DNA of 63,930 bases, the filler included, from Squatina squatina (lineage: Eukaryota): the NCBI GenBank assembly GCA_031763465.1. It is 4 parts of 3 records of this genome, joined end to end, with 100 filler letters (N's around TTAATTAATTAA, not from the genome) between each part and the next. Parts side by side here need not be neighbours in the genome. Positions count along the whole stretch, not along the records: positions 50,917 to 63,930 come from JARFOE010000013.1; 3 more parts are not named here. One strand, 5' to 3'. This document shows, one piece after another, positions 50,917 to 63,930 of the stretch (position 1 is its first letter; every line of letters begins with the position of its first letter). The notes beneath the pieces are model-generated. The model saw only the letters and a list, made by a program, of their open reading frames with translations. It had not been told where the DNA came from and did not search any database. A program made the position numbers and the translations under genes.

Positions 50917-51919
50917 AGCTTTAAAGTAGTGCTGCATTTATTTTAATGAACAAAATGAAACACATTAAAGCCAAACTGTAGTCTTTTACTTTGCCAAGAT
51001 TCCCTCGGGCTGATGGTGTATCCTCTCCAAAAGCTGAACCGGACCCATTTATGATACATACAGGTTTCTGACAGGGTCTTCATAACACAAAAAACAAAAT
51101 ATAATTTCCTCTGACTTTTGAAATGATCTCATCTGCTTGATTCAACAATTATGAGGGCAGATATTTTTGCAATGAGTTTCCTAACATTGTTTGCATTTTT
51201 AGTATTTTGGGGATGCTGATTAGGCAATACATGCAAACCTGTGGCAATAAATCCTGTAGCTACATGTAAAACCTGCTTCGTATACAGGGGATGTGAATGG
51301 CCCATTGTCATAGCGTGCTTTATTTTAGCTTTAATTTGCTGCCAGCAGACTGCTAAAATATATTAGAATTTAAATACTTTTGGCATTATGATGAAAATGC
51401 AATTTTATTTCACTTCAGTCTTCTTTAACTCAACAGAAGATGTTGTTANNNNNNNNNNNNNNNNNNNNNNNNNNNNNNNNNNNNNNNNNNNNNNNNNNNN
51501 NNNNNNNNNNNNNNNNNNNNNNNNNNNNNNTTTCTCCAGTCAAACAAGTCATCTTCCTATTAAACTAATTTGCCTACATGCAAATTTTGTCATTTTTACC
51601 TCATTAACTATTTATCATGGAATAAAAAAAATTTATATTCATGAAGGAGAGGCTAGCAGCTTGATGGAGCTGGAACTAATATTTTGCAACTGTAATGATT
51701 TTTGCATCCTTAATTAGGTAGAATAAGGTTGATATCATTAGGTCAAGATGTAGTATTTTTCATTAAAAATACATTTCAGACACTGTATTCATAATATGTC
51801 CTTGCAATTAAAATAAAGGAGCAAATGTGATTCATATTATGCTCCGTGATTAATGCCAGAGCAGGAAAGTGTATCATTTTCATTCACAGCCAGAGGTAGC
51901 AGCCTCAGCACACTACAGG

Positions 51920-52399
51920 TGTAGTGGTGAATGTTTTGTTTTGGACTGGAGGAAGTACACAGTGATGTTCCCCAGGGGTCAGTACCAGGACCACTACTTT
52001 TCTTGATATATATTAATGACTTGGACTTATGAGTACAGGATACAATCTGAAAATTTGCAGATGATACAAAACTTGGAAGTATTTTGAACAGTGAGGAGGA
52101 TAGTGATAGACTTCAAGAAGATCTAGGCTGGTGGAATGGGCGGACACGTGGCAGATGAATTTTAACACAGGAAAGTGCAAAGTGATATATTTTGGTAGGA
52201 AGAACAAGGAGAAGCAATATAAACTAAAGGATACAATCCTAAAGAGGGTGTATGAACAGAGAGACCTGGGGGTATATGTGCACAAATCGTTGAAGGTGGC
52301 CGGGCAGTTTGAGAAAGCAGTTTAAAAAGCATACAGGATCCTGGGTTTCATTAATAGAGGTGTAAAGGACAAAAGCAAGGAAGTTATGATGAGCCTTTA
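51920..52399 (+). mobile_element. CR1 LINE reverse-transcriptase fragment
   Basis: VPQGSVPGPLLFLIYINDL, KFADDTKL, WADTWQMNFNTGKCKVI and RDLGV. Confidence 0.95.
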
Positions 52400-52499
52400 N
52401 NNNNNNNNNNNNNNNNNNNNNNNNNNNNNNNNNNNNNNNNNNNNNNNNNNNNNNNNNNNNNNNNNNNNNNNNNNNNNNNNNNNNNNNNNNNNNNNNNNN

Positions 52500-52620
52500 G
52501 GAGGTAGGACAGGAGTGGGTGGGGTGGGGGTGGGAGGTAGGGCAGGAGTGGGTGGGGTGGGGAGGTGATCGGTGCCATAGGGTGTGTAGTTCATGATGGG
52601 GGGGTTGGGGGCTGGGGTGG
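52500..52620 (+). repeat. G-rich short tandem duplication (about 33 bp x2) with G-quadruplex potential
   Basis: GGAGGTAGG(A/G)CAGGAGTGGGTGGGGTGGGG occurs twice, with further G-runs to 52620. Confidence 0.75.
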
Positions 52621-55600
52621 TTTGTTAAATTCTAGAATGCTTGCGTAGATATGCAAACTGTTCTGTCAGAATATTTGGACAGTGATGGAAAAGCTATGTG
52701 GTTATCTGTAATTTTTGTAGTAATTCATATGAAGCTTCGCTGACATGTGTTAATAGCACTTGATTGCCCTCAAGATGTTTTCACAACAGAAAATCTGTAA
52801 GTGCCACATCAAAGTTTGCTCAGCCAAATAGTTTTTTCTTCACATCCAGATAATTTGTAACCACAGGCAAACATTTAAAATCCAAGGTGGTTTGCAACTA
52901 TTCTTTTGGGCAAATCTGTCATCAGTTAGATGGCACAGATTGGCTCCCTAATGAAGAGTAAGTACTCATGGTTCTTGTCATTCTGATGCAAGCAATTCTT
53001 CTCCATGATTCTGAGCTGGTGTTGTACTCATATCTGTCCCATCCCATGTAATCTGTCTCGTAGCCGAATCTTATCCATGCACATTCTTTCCACAGAGATT
53101 TTCTTTTTAGACGGTGTGGAGTCAGGAAGCAAGAATATGATAATTGGGTTATGGTGCTTTCCTGACTTCACACAAGAGCCACTAAGCTCACTATTTCAGG
53201 TGGATGTTTTGTTTTAATAAGACCGTACAACGATTGCTAAATTGTTCCTTCGGTGGAAACTATTTTAAATTCAAAAATTTTATATTGAAACTGGCTTTAT
53301 GTGGGCCTCTTAACACAGATACAAATCAGAAGCAACTTTGTTGTTGGAAATGGCCAGGTAGCTTTTTAAGACAGGTTTTTGTAATTTTGTTGAAAGCCAG
53401 CATTTATTATGTCGTTTGGTGTATAATGTTATATACATCCTTTAAACGTAGGCTTTGCGGTATCTTTGCAAATGCAAGGATCCCACAAGCAAAGGTGCTG
53501 TTTACACAGCTTCGTTTCCCAGCTGTGCTTTGATTTGAAGCTTCAAGCTCAAAATGCCAATATTTTGCATGCGATTGAATCTCGGTAGTTTATTAAACCA
53601 ACCCACATGGGTAACAAAAGGTACATTGCTTTTTTAACCTGCTTAGTCTGTTTCCATTTGCTCACTATCACAGGGGGAATGCAGCGCATTCACAAGGCAG
53701 ATAGATGCACGCTTTCTGTTGCAGAAGTAGCTTTAGTTTTCAGAAGAGAACTGAGAGGAACAAGACAAAGGTAGATTGAACAAAGTGATTATAAGGGCTC
53801 AGGCTGCATTGTTGAAATATAAAGCAACACACTTAAAAAAATCAAATGAATCAAAGATTAAATTACACTAGTGGCTGCAGACATGCTTTTTAGTAGCTTA
53901 GCAGGACAACAGTATGATGCAAACCTGCCCTACTGCAGAATAAGTGGAGCTTTTTGTCTTGTTTCTAATTCTAATTGTAACTGTAAAACATATTTCTGCT
54001 TTATTTTCTTTTTGTTTTGATTTTTGTCTTACCAGTTTTGATTTTGTGCTGTGGCCCCTTGACACGTTATAAAATACAACCCAATTGTGCTATTTCTGGT
54101 CACATTGCCTAGTGGCCTAGTGCACGGTTATTAGGTTTTCTTCCCTGCATTCCTAGAACTCATTTTTCGATCAACAGGCTTCAAGTGAATGCTTATTTTT
54201 AACAGAAAATAATGAACCATGAGAACCAGCAGCTGAACAGACTTCCAAATGTGTTAAATTGAAATATACAATATTGGTGCCTAGCGATGCCTGTCTAAAT
54301 ATCTGCTGCTTGCCTCGGAATGGTATTGTCGTTCTCACAAAATCAGAGCAGAATCTCCTAAATGTTGCTGCACTATTTTCATTTCACCATCCAAATGATT
54401 AGGTATGTTTGACTGTGCTTTATTTTAACAGAGCGTCTGTGCCCTTCAAAAAATATTTTCCTTACCAGTCACTGGGCTTGTGGCCCTTGCGTGCACTACG
54501 CTTCATTTTAAATCGAGCAGGAATCCTCGAAAGGAACATTTTCCAAAAGCGGCAGACGCCCTGCCAAGCTTCACATTGCAGCAACAGATTTCACTGTTGC
54601 TGTGCTCCAGGTTAAAACCCATTTGTGAGTTTATATACTTATACACATCATGTTAATACACAAAATGCTCAACAAGGTTAGCTAATGGTTTTTCCTTCGT
54701 ATGATTCCTTCCCTTAAAGTTAAGGGACCACTTTCCTAGTCCACTCAATCAGAAGGGAGGAAATTGGTTCTGGTTGCACTTATTTTCTGGGGTAAAAGGG
54801 ACAACAAAGACAAATTTCAGGGTGCAACATCCTGCGCCCGATCTGCACCTCTGTTATGGTTGCTGCCATATTGCAAGTGTCCCGAGATTTGTCTCTGGAA
54901 AAGGACCGAGCTACTTGTGAAGGCTTAACAGGTGCCAACGACTCGCCACAATAATGCTAATCAGCAGGCACCGCCAAGTTGCTGCATGCAGGCCTCTGAA
55001 TAGGCATGGTTTGCAAGCACATCCCTAACCTTTCTTCACAAATGTTGGTCCCAAGCCTTGGGATTATCTTTATTGCACATTGCACACCCTCTCAAGGGCA
55101 ACAACAACCTTCCTGTTGTTATGGTTACCAGGACCGCATAGAATACTTTAGATGGGTCAAACAGTACCTTATACAGTAACAAGAAAGAAACGTATTGACT
55201 GTTGGGCCATTCTTGTTTTCACCGTGCTCTCCATCAAAATCCTTCTTGTCCTTTTCTGTTTTATTCACANNNNNNNNNNNNNNNNNNNNNNNNNNNNNNN
55301 NNNNNNNNNNNNNNNNNNNNNNNNNNNNNNNNNNNNNNNNNNNNNNNNNNNNNNNNNNNNNNNNNNNNNTTGCAGTGCTCGCGGTTTTTTTTGCAAAGTA
55401 CATTTGAGGAGGCTGACAGGGGTCAAAATCATGGGATTAGTTGCAGAATTTAATGTGGGTGAAGCCTGCTGTCCATCTTGACGGCCAGACCGTTCTGTTA
55501 GAATGACACATAAATAACCTATTATGTCCCCCACCCATGGAAATTCAAATGCACCTGTCAAATTGATAAAGCACTAGCCCAGAGGGAAGCATTGTTTACA

Positions 55601-56969
55601 TTTTCACTCTAGTCTTCTGAAAAGTGAGATCCTAATTATTTTTTCCCTTGGAAATTAATGCCGGGTGTGATTGAAGTGCAAAAAAAATCTGTGAGCGTCA
55701 TCCATAAATGGCGATAAATGCATTGCAGATTTTTTTTGTGTGTTTTAATGAGACCTGTAATGTTTACACTGTAGACTCATTACTTTCTTAATGGGCAGCA
55801 GTTAGTTCATTGACTACAATGAAAAAGGTTAAAGGAAAGATGCTGGCAGTGTTGTGCCTTTGTGTGACATAGATGAATAGAGAAAAGCACATACCTAAAT
55901 TCACATGCACATAAATACACTGCATAACTTTAAACATGTTTGCGATACACATATATACACACACACTCAAATGCTTATACTATACATTCAGATATGCACA
56001 AGACAGACACTTTGGGGCCAAAAATAGCTGTTGCCACGTTTGAAACGCTGCAGCACTTTTAAGCGCCCAAGCAGCTCCCGGCACTAATCACGTCATTGAG
56101 TTGCAAAATTCACGAACATTTTGATTCTGACAAAGCGTGGCGCTGTTGGAGGCACTGTAGGGGCTCTCTCTTGACTGCTCACAGCTCTATCCGGTGACCC
56201 AGNNNNNNNNNNNNNNNNNNNNNNNNNNNNNNNNNNNNNNNNNNNNNNNNNNNNNNNNNNNNNNNNNNNNNNNNNNNNNNNNNNNNNNNNNNNNNNNNNN
56301 NNACTTCCTTCGGTTGCCTGATGGTGCCATTGTTGAGGTATTTAAAGAAAATATATTTTATAGCCTTGTTTAAGGGTTGTTACAAACTGGAACATTAACC
56401 GATTAAGCCTAGAATATGTTGTGTGCATTTAGATACGGAATGGTTTAACCAGATGTGTATTTATTTATTTGTCTCCATGCACTGGCACAACATGACAAAA
56501 TGTAATTTACATGAAAATAGGATTGTTGTCAAGCAACACAAGTCAGACTCGGTCCTTATGAGCTCAAAAGAATATCTCCAGCAATCCATATTGTAGTTTG
56601 CTACTATTCGTCTTCATGTTTTTAACTGAGCAGTAATATGTTCGCATTGATTCTCTTTCCCTCCAAATTGTCATGTTTTGAGTTACACTTTTACTACTGT
56701 CGATGAAACATTGTGACATTGTTTCACCCAGTAGGGTACAGTAAAATGTTTTATCATGCGCAGTAAAATGGAGGTAATTTGTAACTTGAATTTTATGACC
56801 AGAAAAATGTATGAGGTTCATTATCCAATTGCAAATAAATATTTCTTTAAATTTATTCAGTCATGGAAGACAGATTCTGGGCATTTAAAGAAAAGTGGCG
56901 GCTCTGTAATTTTACAAGTAACAGGAATTATTAATTGCACTTACAACATTAATATTGGTAATCTGCTTA

Positions 56970-57073
56970 AAAAAAGAAAGTCTTATATTTTTACAGCGCC
57001 TTTCATGACCTCAGGACGTCCCAAAGTTTTTTTTACAGCCAATGAAGTACTATTGAAGAGTAGTCACTGTTGT
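56970..57073 (-). mobile_element. SINE 3' tail
   Basis: CTCAGGACGTCCCAAAG...TTTACAGCCAAT...GTAGTCACTGTTGT is the reverse complement of 14007-14075. Confidence 0.85.
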
Positions 57074-60000
57074 NNNNNNNNNNNNNNNNNNNNNNNNNNN
57101 NNNNNNNNNNNNNNNNNNNNNNNNNNNNNNNNNNNNNNNNNNNNNNNNNNNNNNNNNNNNNNNNNNNNNNNNNCCAGCCAGGATACCCTATATTAAAGTT
57201 GTGTCAGTAAGCAGGTCCTACTTGGCATGGTCAAGTCAGATGGGCCCCCAGGAACGGGCAGTCAGACTTTCGTTAAGTATGTGCCATCTGTGCTCATTGG
57301 CAGTGAAGCACCATTCTTTAGATGGTACAGTTTGGCCGGTGAGGGTGATTTGGCAGTGGGTCAGCCAGATAATTGTAACAAAGGCATCAGTATTGCACTT
57401 GGATTAGGAATTTTATACAGTAGGTTTTAATGAGAAGCAGTTTGGTACATTGCAATTCTGTACTGGCATCAGATAATGTACTTATGTGGATCTGAATGTA
57501 GATTAAATGTGACCTGAAGGGAACAAGTTACTTGAGAAAACCAGGATGATATTAACTACTGAACTGAGCCAGAATTATCTATGATGAATGGTATGGAGCA
57601 GTTGTAACATTGCAATGAACTGCACATCAAACTGTATGGTGATTAAATAATTTAAACTTACAATATGCCCTACATTTGCTTAAAAATATATAAAAATAGA
57701 AAATCTGTTCAGGATTAAATCAATTTGTTGAAATTGACCCAAGGAGTAGTNNNNNNNNNNNNNNNNNNNNNNNNNNNNNNNNNNNNNNNNNNNNNNNNNN
57801 NNNNNNNNNNNNNNNNNNNNNNNNNNNNNNNNNNNNNNNNNNNNNNNNNNTTAAAGTATATTAAATTTATATTGCATCTACAGTGATGACTGACATTGGA
57901 TGGGTCCTGTAGCTTCAGAATTCCTTTAAACACTGTGGCAGTCCATGGGATTTTATTGTTAAAAATCCACAAAGTATCACAAAGATTGTGTGTGCAAGAG
58001 TTATACTCAAAATGTTCCAGAAAGAATGGGTGCATCGAAGTTTTATTATAACTATCCAAACATTGCAACACAAGATATATAGAGGGTATTCCCAGCAATG
58101 ATTTTAAAATATGGAGTGACAGTTGCNNNNNNNNNNAACTGTCAGGTCCCAAATTTAAAAAGTAACGTTCACCACAACAGAATGAGGATCTGAGAAGTGC
58201 TGAAGCACATCACTAATAAAGTTCCATTAATGTTAGAGATTCCCAATCTACCATCCCTACGACTGTTACAGGAATCTCCGAATGATTCTAGTCTCTGAAC
58301 AGTAATTTGCAAAATATTAACAAACCCAACTACCCATAGGCAAAATAAACATTGCTGGGGCCAAACGATCCCCCACCTAAAAACTGCCGACTTTGTCCAA
58401 CCACAATTTAGTGCACAAACAAGTGACTCATTCCTGAATAAACTCTACAATTCACACAATTAATAAATTAAACTACAAGTGAACAAGAATTATTCCTGAT
58501 TTTGGAAAGTCTGGTGACAACAAACAAAAAGAAAACACTGGAACTGCGCTTGCGCAACGACTTCCGGTTTGTTGGCAGCAATCATGTCCTTTAAGTATAA
58601 ATGTATAGATCTGCCACAGCATTTTGAGGTATAGTGCTCATATATACCTTCAGTGAGCTGATGGTGTCCTTTTATTTCTCTTTGAACCAGGTTGGATAAG
58701 AAAGCAGTGAATATTTAGTAAAAGGGTGGGCCAGGGTGCTGTGAGGTTGAGGTCAGGCTGATTCTATTTGTGGAATGTTTTATGTTTCCTGAATGTTTGG
58801 GAAGAGAGAAGACTTTGCTGCCATTGTGGCTGGTATCCATGTTGGTGGGCTCTAGTTCCCTTTTAAGCAATGCAGCTACAGTGGAGGCCAAAACAAGGCC
58901 ATATAAGGCTCACTATCAATTGCTTCTAGGCCAGCTTGTGATGTCTAAAGAGGAAAACATCCACAAATACAATCCACAGCTTGATGAACATGATACCTGA
59001 AGCAACCCAGTCGACATTGCTAGCAGCTAATTGTGTCACTACTATTAAAAGATGCATACACTTAACTGAAAGTTAGATTTGTCTAAAATTACACATTTAT
59101 CGAGTCCAAACAGGATACTTCAATAATATCTAAATAAAACGCTGAAACACAACTGCACCAATAGTACACTTTTGTGCACTTGAGTATTTCCTGGAATGAA
59201 ATGAAAATTCTGGGTCAGGAAATTAGAATATAATAATGCATGTAGACTTGATGACCCGGTTATTATAACCTTGTGTGATCTTATACTGTAGTTCTCATTA
59301 GGGGTGTATTGTATCGAGCTACTGAAGCCTTACTTAGGACTAATATTAGTTAAATGGAAGATTCATAATCTCGTTGGGGGGTGGTGCTGGGTGGGTGAGA
59401 CAAGATTTCCCCTGTGCACTGCATCAGTAATTAAATTATAAAGCCATCCTTTATAAAGCAGTTCANNNNNNNNNNNNNNNNNNNNNNNNNNNNNNNNNNN
59501 NNNNNNNNNNNNNNNNNNNNNNNNNNNNNNNNNNNNNNNNNNNNNNNNNNNNNNNNNNNNNNNNNNNNNNNNNNNNNNNNNNNNNNNNNNNNNNNNNNNN
59601 NNNNNNNNNNNNNNNNNNNNNNNNNNNNNNNNNNNNNNNNAAATCTTCCTGATAGGCTGATTACCACGGGATCTAGTGGTGTCGAACATTGTATAAAGTT
59701 GGTGAAATGCCACAAACAGTTAGGAAAATTGCAGCTGCAGCAACCACTCGTTTTTATTCAGCATGCTTCATGTGCGCACATTAGTATGTGTGCACTTTTT
59801 GAATGACGTTTCCCATAATGCGGCAGATAATCACACAATTGATTAATGCTAATTATTTATGGATTTGTGTCCCAGATAGGCTCGGCAGCTATGCTCTAAT
59901 TCTTTAAATGAAAATTGCCCACGAAATCTCAAGATACATGTGCGCTTATCCTGGATATAAAATAGGATACGATATGCTGAGTGACACTTCAGGGAATAAA

Positions 60001-61608
60001 ACAGCAGCTCCAACCCATTTTCTGAAGCGATCTTGACATTTGCGTTTTATTATAACTGAGCAACATACAACAGTTTTGCACTTATGAGAAGAGGCTTTTT
60101 TTATTTACATATTTAACACAATTTCAGAAAAAAATATGTACTTGTTTAATCTATAAAGATTTGTTTAACCAAAAGGCACTGACAGTTCATTCAGCGGAAT
60201 ACTAGAAAATGATCTTATTGCTGTTTGGTGATATTTTTAAAGAGTATATAAAATGAAGATCGCATAAGAAAGAAACTGGCATTCCGATCAGAATTGACAT
60301 ATGCTTATTGGAAGGCAACACTCAGATTTTCCTTTGGTCTGTGGAGCACTGAGTTTTATACACTGATAATGAAGTGATGAAGTAATGAAGTACACTTCTG
60401 TTATGCAACGAATAACTTGTTGAGCGGGATAAGGTAGAAAAGTAACTAGGCACTGGATGAAACAATCTGAAGCTCCCGATGTGCCCGTTTGTGGACAACA
60501 TTGTACAACTTAGCTCTAGATTTGTTGAACTTAGTGCAAATGTCAGTGTGAGTGTGAAGCAGGGAAACATTTGTGAATGGATGAAAGTATATCCCACCCC
60601 CTGCCTGTTGATTGAGAAGTTTGAATCATGATTCTCATAGACATTCATGAGTTTCCTTTCCTGATTTGGTCCACCTACTCTCATTTCCTGATGGTGGTAC
60701 CTTTGCTGAGGTATAGTTCTTTTAGCACCTCTCTGATTCTTCATGTGTGAGCTTGGAGAGTGAGTGCCTATTTAGCTGTGGAGGCCTTCAGAGCCAAGCT
60801 TGACCCACGCCAGAGAACCAAGCACGTGCACATCCAGCATTATAGTGATCAGGAGCAACAGCTGTTTATTTTCCCCTTTCTTTGGTGATTCAATTACAGT
60901 GCTTACTGCTTATCTGTTGTTTCTTATTANNNNNNNNNNNNNNNNNNNNNNNNNNNNNNNNNNNNNNNNNNNNNNNNNNNNNNNNNNNNNNNNNNNNNNN
61001 NNNNNNNNNNNNNNNNNNNNNNNNNNNNNATAGAACTCTTTCCACATTTAAAACATCTTTTATTTTAAAAACAAATCCCTAATGACAGATAGGGGATTGG
61101 AATGATTTTATAGATAATAAGACCAGGGTTTGAAATGCTTACTCGCCATTGGGGAATTTGATTTAAAGAAATTAATTAAAAAGTCTTTCTCCCACTAATA
61201 GATTATCTATTGCTAGTGGGAGAAAGAAGTTTTAGAATTTTTTTTAAAAAGCAACTAGGGATTAAAACTCCAAGTGCACTGAGGAGCAGGGTTCAAATCC
61301 TTTACTGGCTACTAAAGAATTCATTTCTAAATGCAGAAATAAAATAAAATAAGGCACTGTTTGCTATTTTAAAAGTTCCCTCCCCAGTAATAATAGGTAA
61401 TTACTGGGGAAGGAAGTTTTAAGATTGCAACAGATTTTATCTTACTAATTGAAATAAAATCTGAGTAGCAAATCAGCGATTCAAGCTATATGGGTGTCCA
61501 AGACCAACAGGATATGAATCCCCCATCAGGGGAGAATACAAGCATTTAAACACAGGAACTCAATTGTCCTACCTCACTCAAAATTATTCTTTCTCTCTAC
61601 ATTTTCTC

Positions 61609-61692
61609 TTTGCCATCTCTGGAACCTTACCTCTCTCCCTCTCCCCCTCCTTTGCCATTTCTGGAACAGTAACTCTCTCTCTCTCTCCTTTG
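61609..61692. repeat. Pyrimidine-rich tandem duplication of about 42 bp, running into a gap
   Basis: TTTGCCAT(C/T)TCTGGAAC...CTCTCTC occurs twice, and a third TTTG starts at the gap edge. Confidence 0.8.
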
Positions 61693-62307
61693 NNNNNNNN
61701 NNNNNNNNNNNNNNNNNNNNNNNNNNNNNNNNNNNNNNNNNNNNNNNNNNNNNNNNNNNNNNNNNNNNNNNNNNNNNNNNNNNNNNNNNNNNCCCAAACC
61801 TGCTTCAGAGTATTGAACATATTCATATTTGAATACAAATAACCTTTTTAAGTAAGATACAGAATTGCTTGAAGCTACAGCGATTGGCGGAAAATGTATA
61901 AATTATTTGTGCCTTTATTATTTACCCTTTAATTATACACACCAATGACATGGAAAGGAAACCTCAATATATATTTCATTAACTGTAAGGTCATTAGAAA
62001 ATTATGCTGTTCAGAAAATCTATATTATACTGTATTTTGGAGAACTTGTGAACATGTTTTATTAAATACAATTGATCATGCAGAATTACTAAATTACTTA
62101 CTGGTTGCTGTTCATTTTATGGGAGGGGGTAAGGTGAACTCCGTCGTTTCATCAATATTATTTAATTTATTTGATTTGTTAAATAAGCATGCCTAAATTT
62201 TTAAATGTAAGTTAATCTGAAGAATTAATTGGATATTTGTTATTTCATCTACATTGCAACGCCATCCAATTGTGGAAATCTTAGACGTTTCATTATTAGG
62301 AATACTG

Positions 62308-62965
62308 GGGTACAGTTTCTGCTTTGGGCGCAATCGGCAATCCGGCCACAAACTGCGCCCACAGTTGCACTAGTTTCGATAGTAGCGTTTCTGCTCAAAC
62401 TCAGTTGCATATCGCCGAATGCGAAATCAATTTTGCTTTAAAAACTTCCTTGATATATTTAACTTGGCGCAGTTTCATTAATACGCCTGTAAATGGGTTT
62501 ATCACAAAAAAATAGGCATTTTTAATCACAGTCTTAATCCACCACCTGTGAGTAACCTGATCTTGAATGACTTTAAAAACTATACAGAACCATTTGCGAG
62601 TTATATTGGGGTACAGCAGTCAGCTTCTTAGTAAATAAAAAAAGACAGTCAAAAGCTTTTAAAACGTGCCTGTTCGTGTCCTCATGCCCAAAAGAATCTT
62701 TGGAGCCTCCTCAAAGTCCTGCAAACGAGCACAATTAGCAGAAACTCCCAATGGTGATTAATACACCCTGGGGGGGTGGGACCAGTTTTGTGAGCGAGGT
62801 TGACTTCCAAAGCAATGTGTTTTAAAGTAGCGCAAATCATCGTGGAAGCTCGATTTGCGCTGGACGTTATTTGCGCTAAGAAATCTGCGATCCTTTGCGC
62901 GGGTTTCACCGATTTCGGGTGAATTGTGCCAAAAAAAACAGCACAACCTGGCGGAAACTCTACCC
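62308..62965. mobile_element. Complete non-autonomous Harbinger MITE (658 bp) with TIRs and a 3-bp TSD
   Basis: Left GGGTACAGTTTCTGC versus right reverse complement GGGTAGAGTTTCCGC (13/15 match). CTG flanks both sides (62305-62307 and 62966-62968), consistent with the Harbinger 3-bp CWG target. Confidence 0.85.
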
Positions 62966-63930
62966 CTGCTTTGTCCACCTTGCAACGTTTTCTTCATATT
63001 AGCATGATAGCAACGTCTGTGTGAATCTCTTTAAAACACTTTGGGGGAAGAATTGCTGCATGTAACCTTTTACAACATTTCTACACACTGCGACCAGAGT
63101 AATGCTTCCCTCTGTGTTAGGTTCTAATCTTCCAATGCATCATTTTACTGCTAAATATAATAAACCCTGGTGTGTCGTTAGTTAAAGTAAAAAAAACACA
63201 AACACTCCAGATCAATGTGCAACACAAGTTTTGGGTCATTTGCTCACCTAAATTAAATGGTTCTTTGTGAAAGTGGGGAGGGCATTATTGGAAGTGACAT
63301 TCCCTAATCAATGATTTATTTTATGATAAAGCTAGAAAATTGCATAGTTAAAATTTGTTAAATGTTAACCCGGTGTTCGTGTGTGTTTCTGTCAGGATAA
63401 TCAATAGAGTCGAATAACACAGCTGATAGCATTGGTTCAGACAGATCCATTGTATAATGTTTTAAATTATATATATCTGACGATAAATGAGAATATTTCC
63501 GTACTGGAGACATACTAGATATTGTTTTATTCGGGAAACCTGCTGTTTATGCTAGTATTTTGTGTGAATTGTTGTACTGTTCTAATATTATATCAGAATC
63601 TCCTTACTATCCCAATATTTCAGATTTCAATCTGTCATGGTTTGCCGAATTTGAAAATGTTGGTTTGCCTCCTATCAGTTGTCACATATTTTGAATTATG
63701 TTGCAAAAGGCACTGTTTCAAACATTTTTCTAGCTTAAGCTAACCACAGTAAGTCACACCGACACATCTGAATCCTTCTATATCCAGTCCTGGTCTGACT
63801 GCTTGCGTTTGGCAATATTTATGAGACCCATCTTTGCTAGTTCCTGACTTTTTCATTTTACTAATTATTCTATTTTCAGCTGTGCTTCTACCTCTCTCAA
63901 TTTGTATTTCTTTTCAATATATAAATTCTC

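Overview
This is a gappy, repeat-rich vertebrate genomic scaffold. The CR1/L2 3' ends, tRNA-headed SINEs and Harbinger elements resemble cartilaginous-fish (shark) repeats as I recall them; no search was run. Most gaps are exactly 100 N, and three contain an artificial six-frame-stop linker (TTAATTAATTAA), so the window is four separately joined blocks. It opens with about 2 kb of a 33-bp satellite and then consists of non-coding DNA with decayed CR1, L2, SINE, Penelope-like and Harbinger fragments. It also holds two minisatellites, a 112-bp-arm palindrome, a hairpin cluster, and a candidate divergent pair of first exons. The main anomaly is an undecayed 1.6-kb piece of a Bacillales (Planococcaceae-like) rplI-dnaB operon at about 45988-47598. 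Both genes are truncated, and the segment is fused without an N-gap to a host Harbinger MITE end on the left and to non-dnaB sequence on the right. A chimeric or contaminant assembly is the most likely explanation, with very recent bacterial DNA integration as the testable alternative. I could not identify any host protein-coding gene, and I do not see a demonstrably new biological system.
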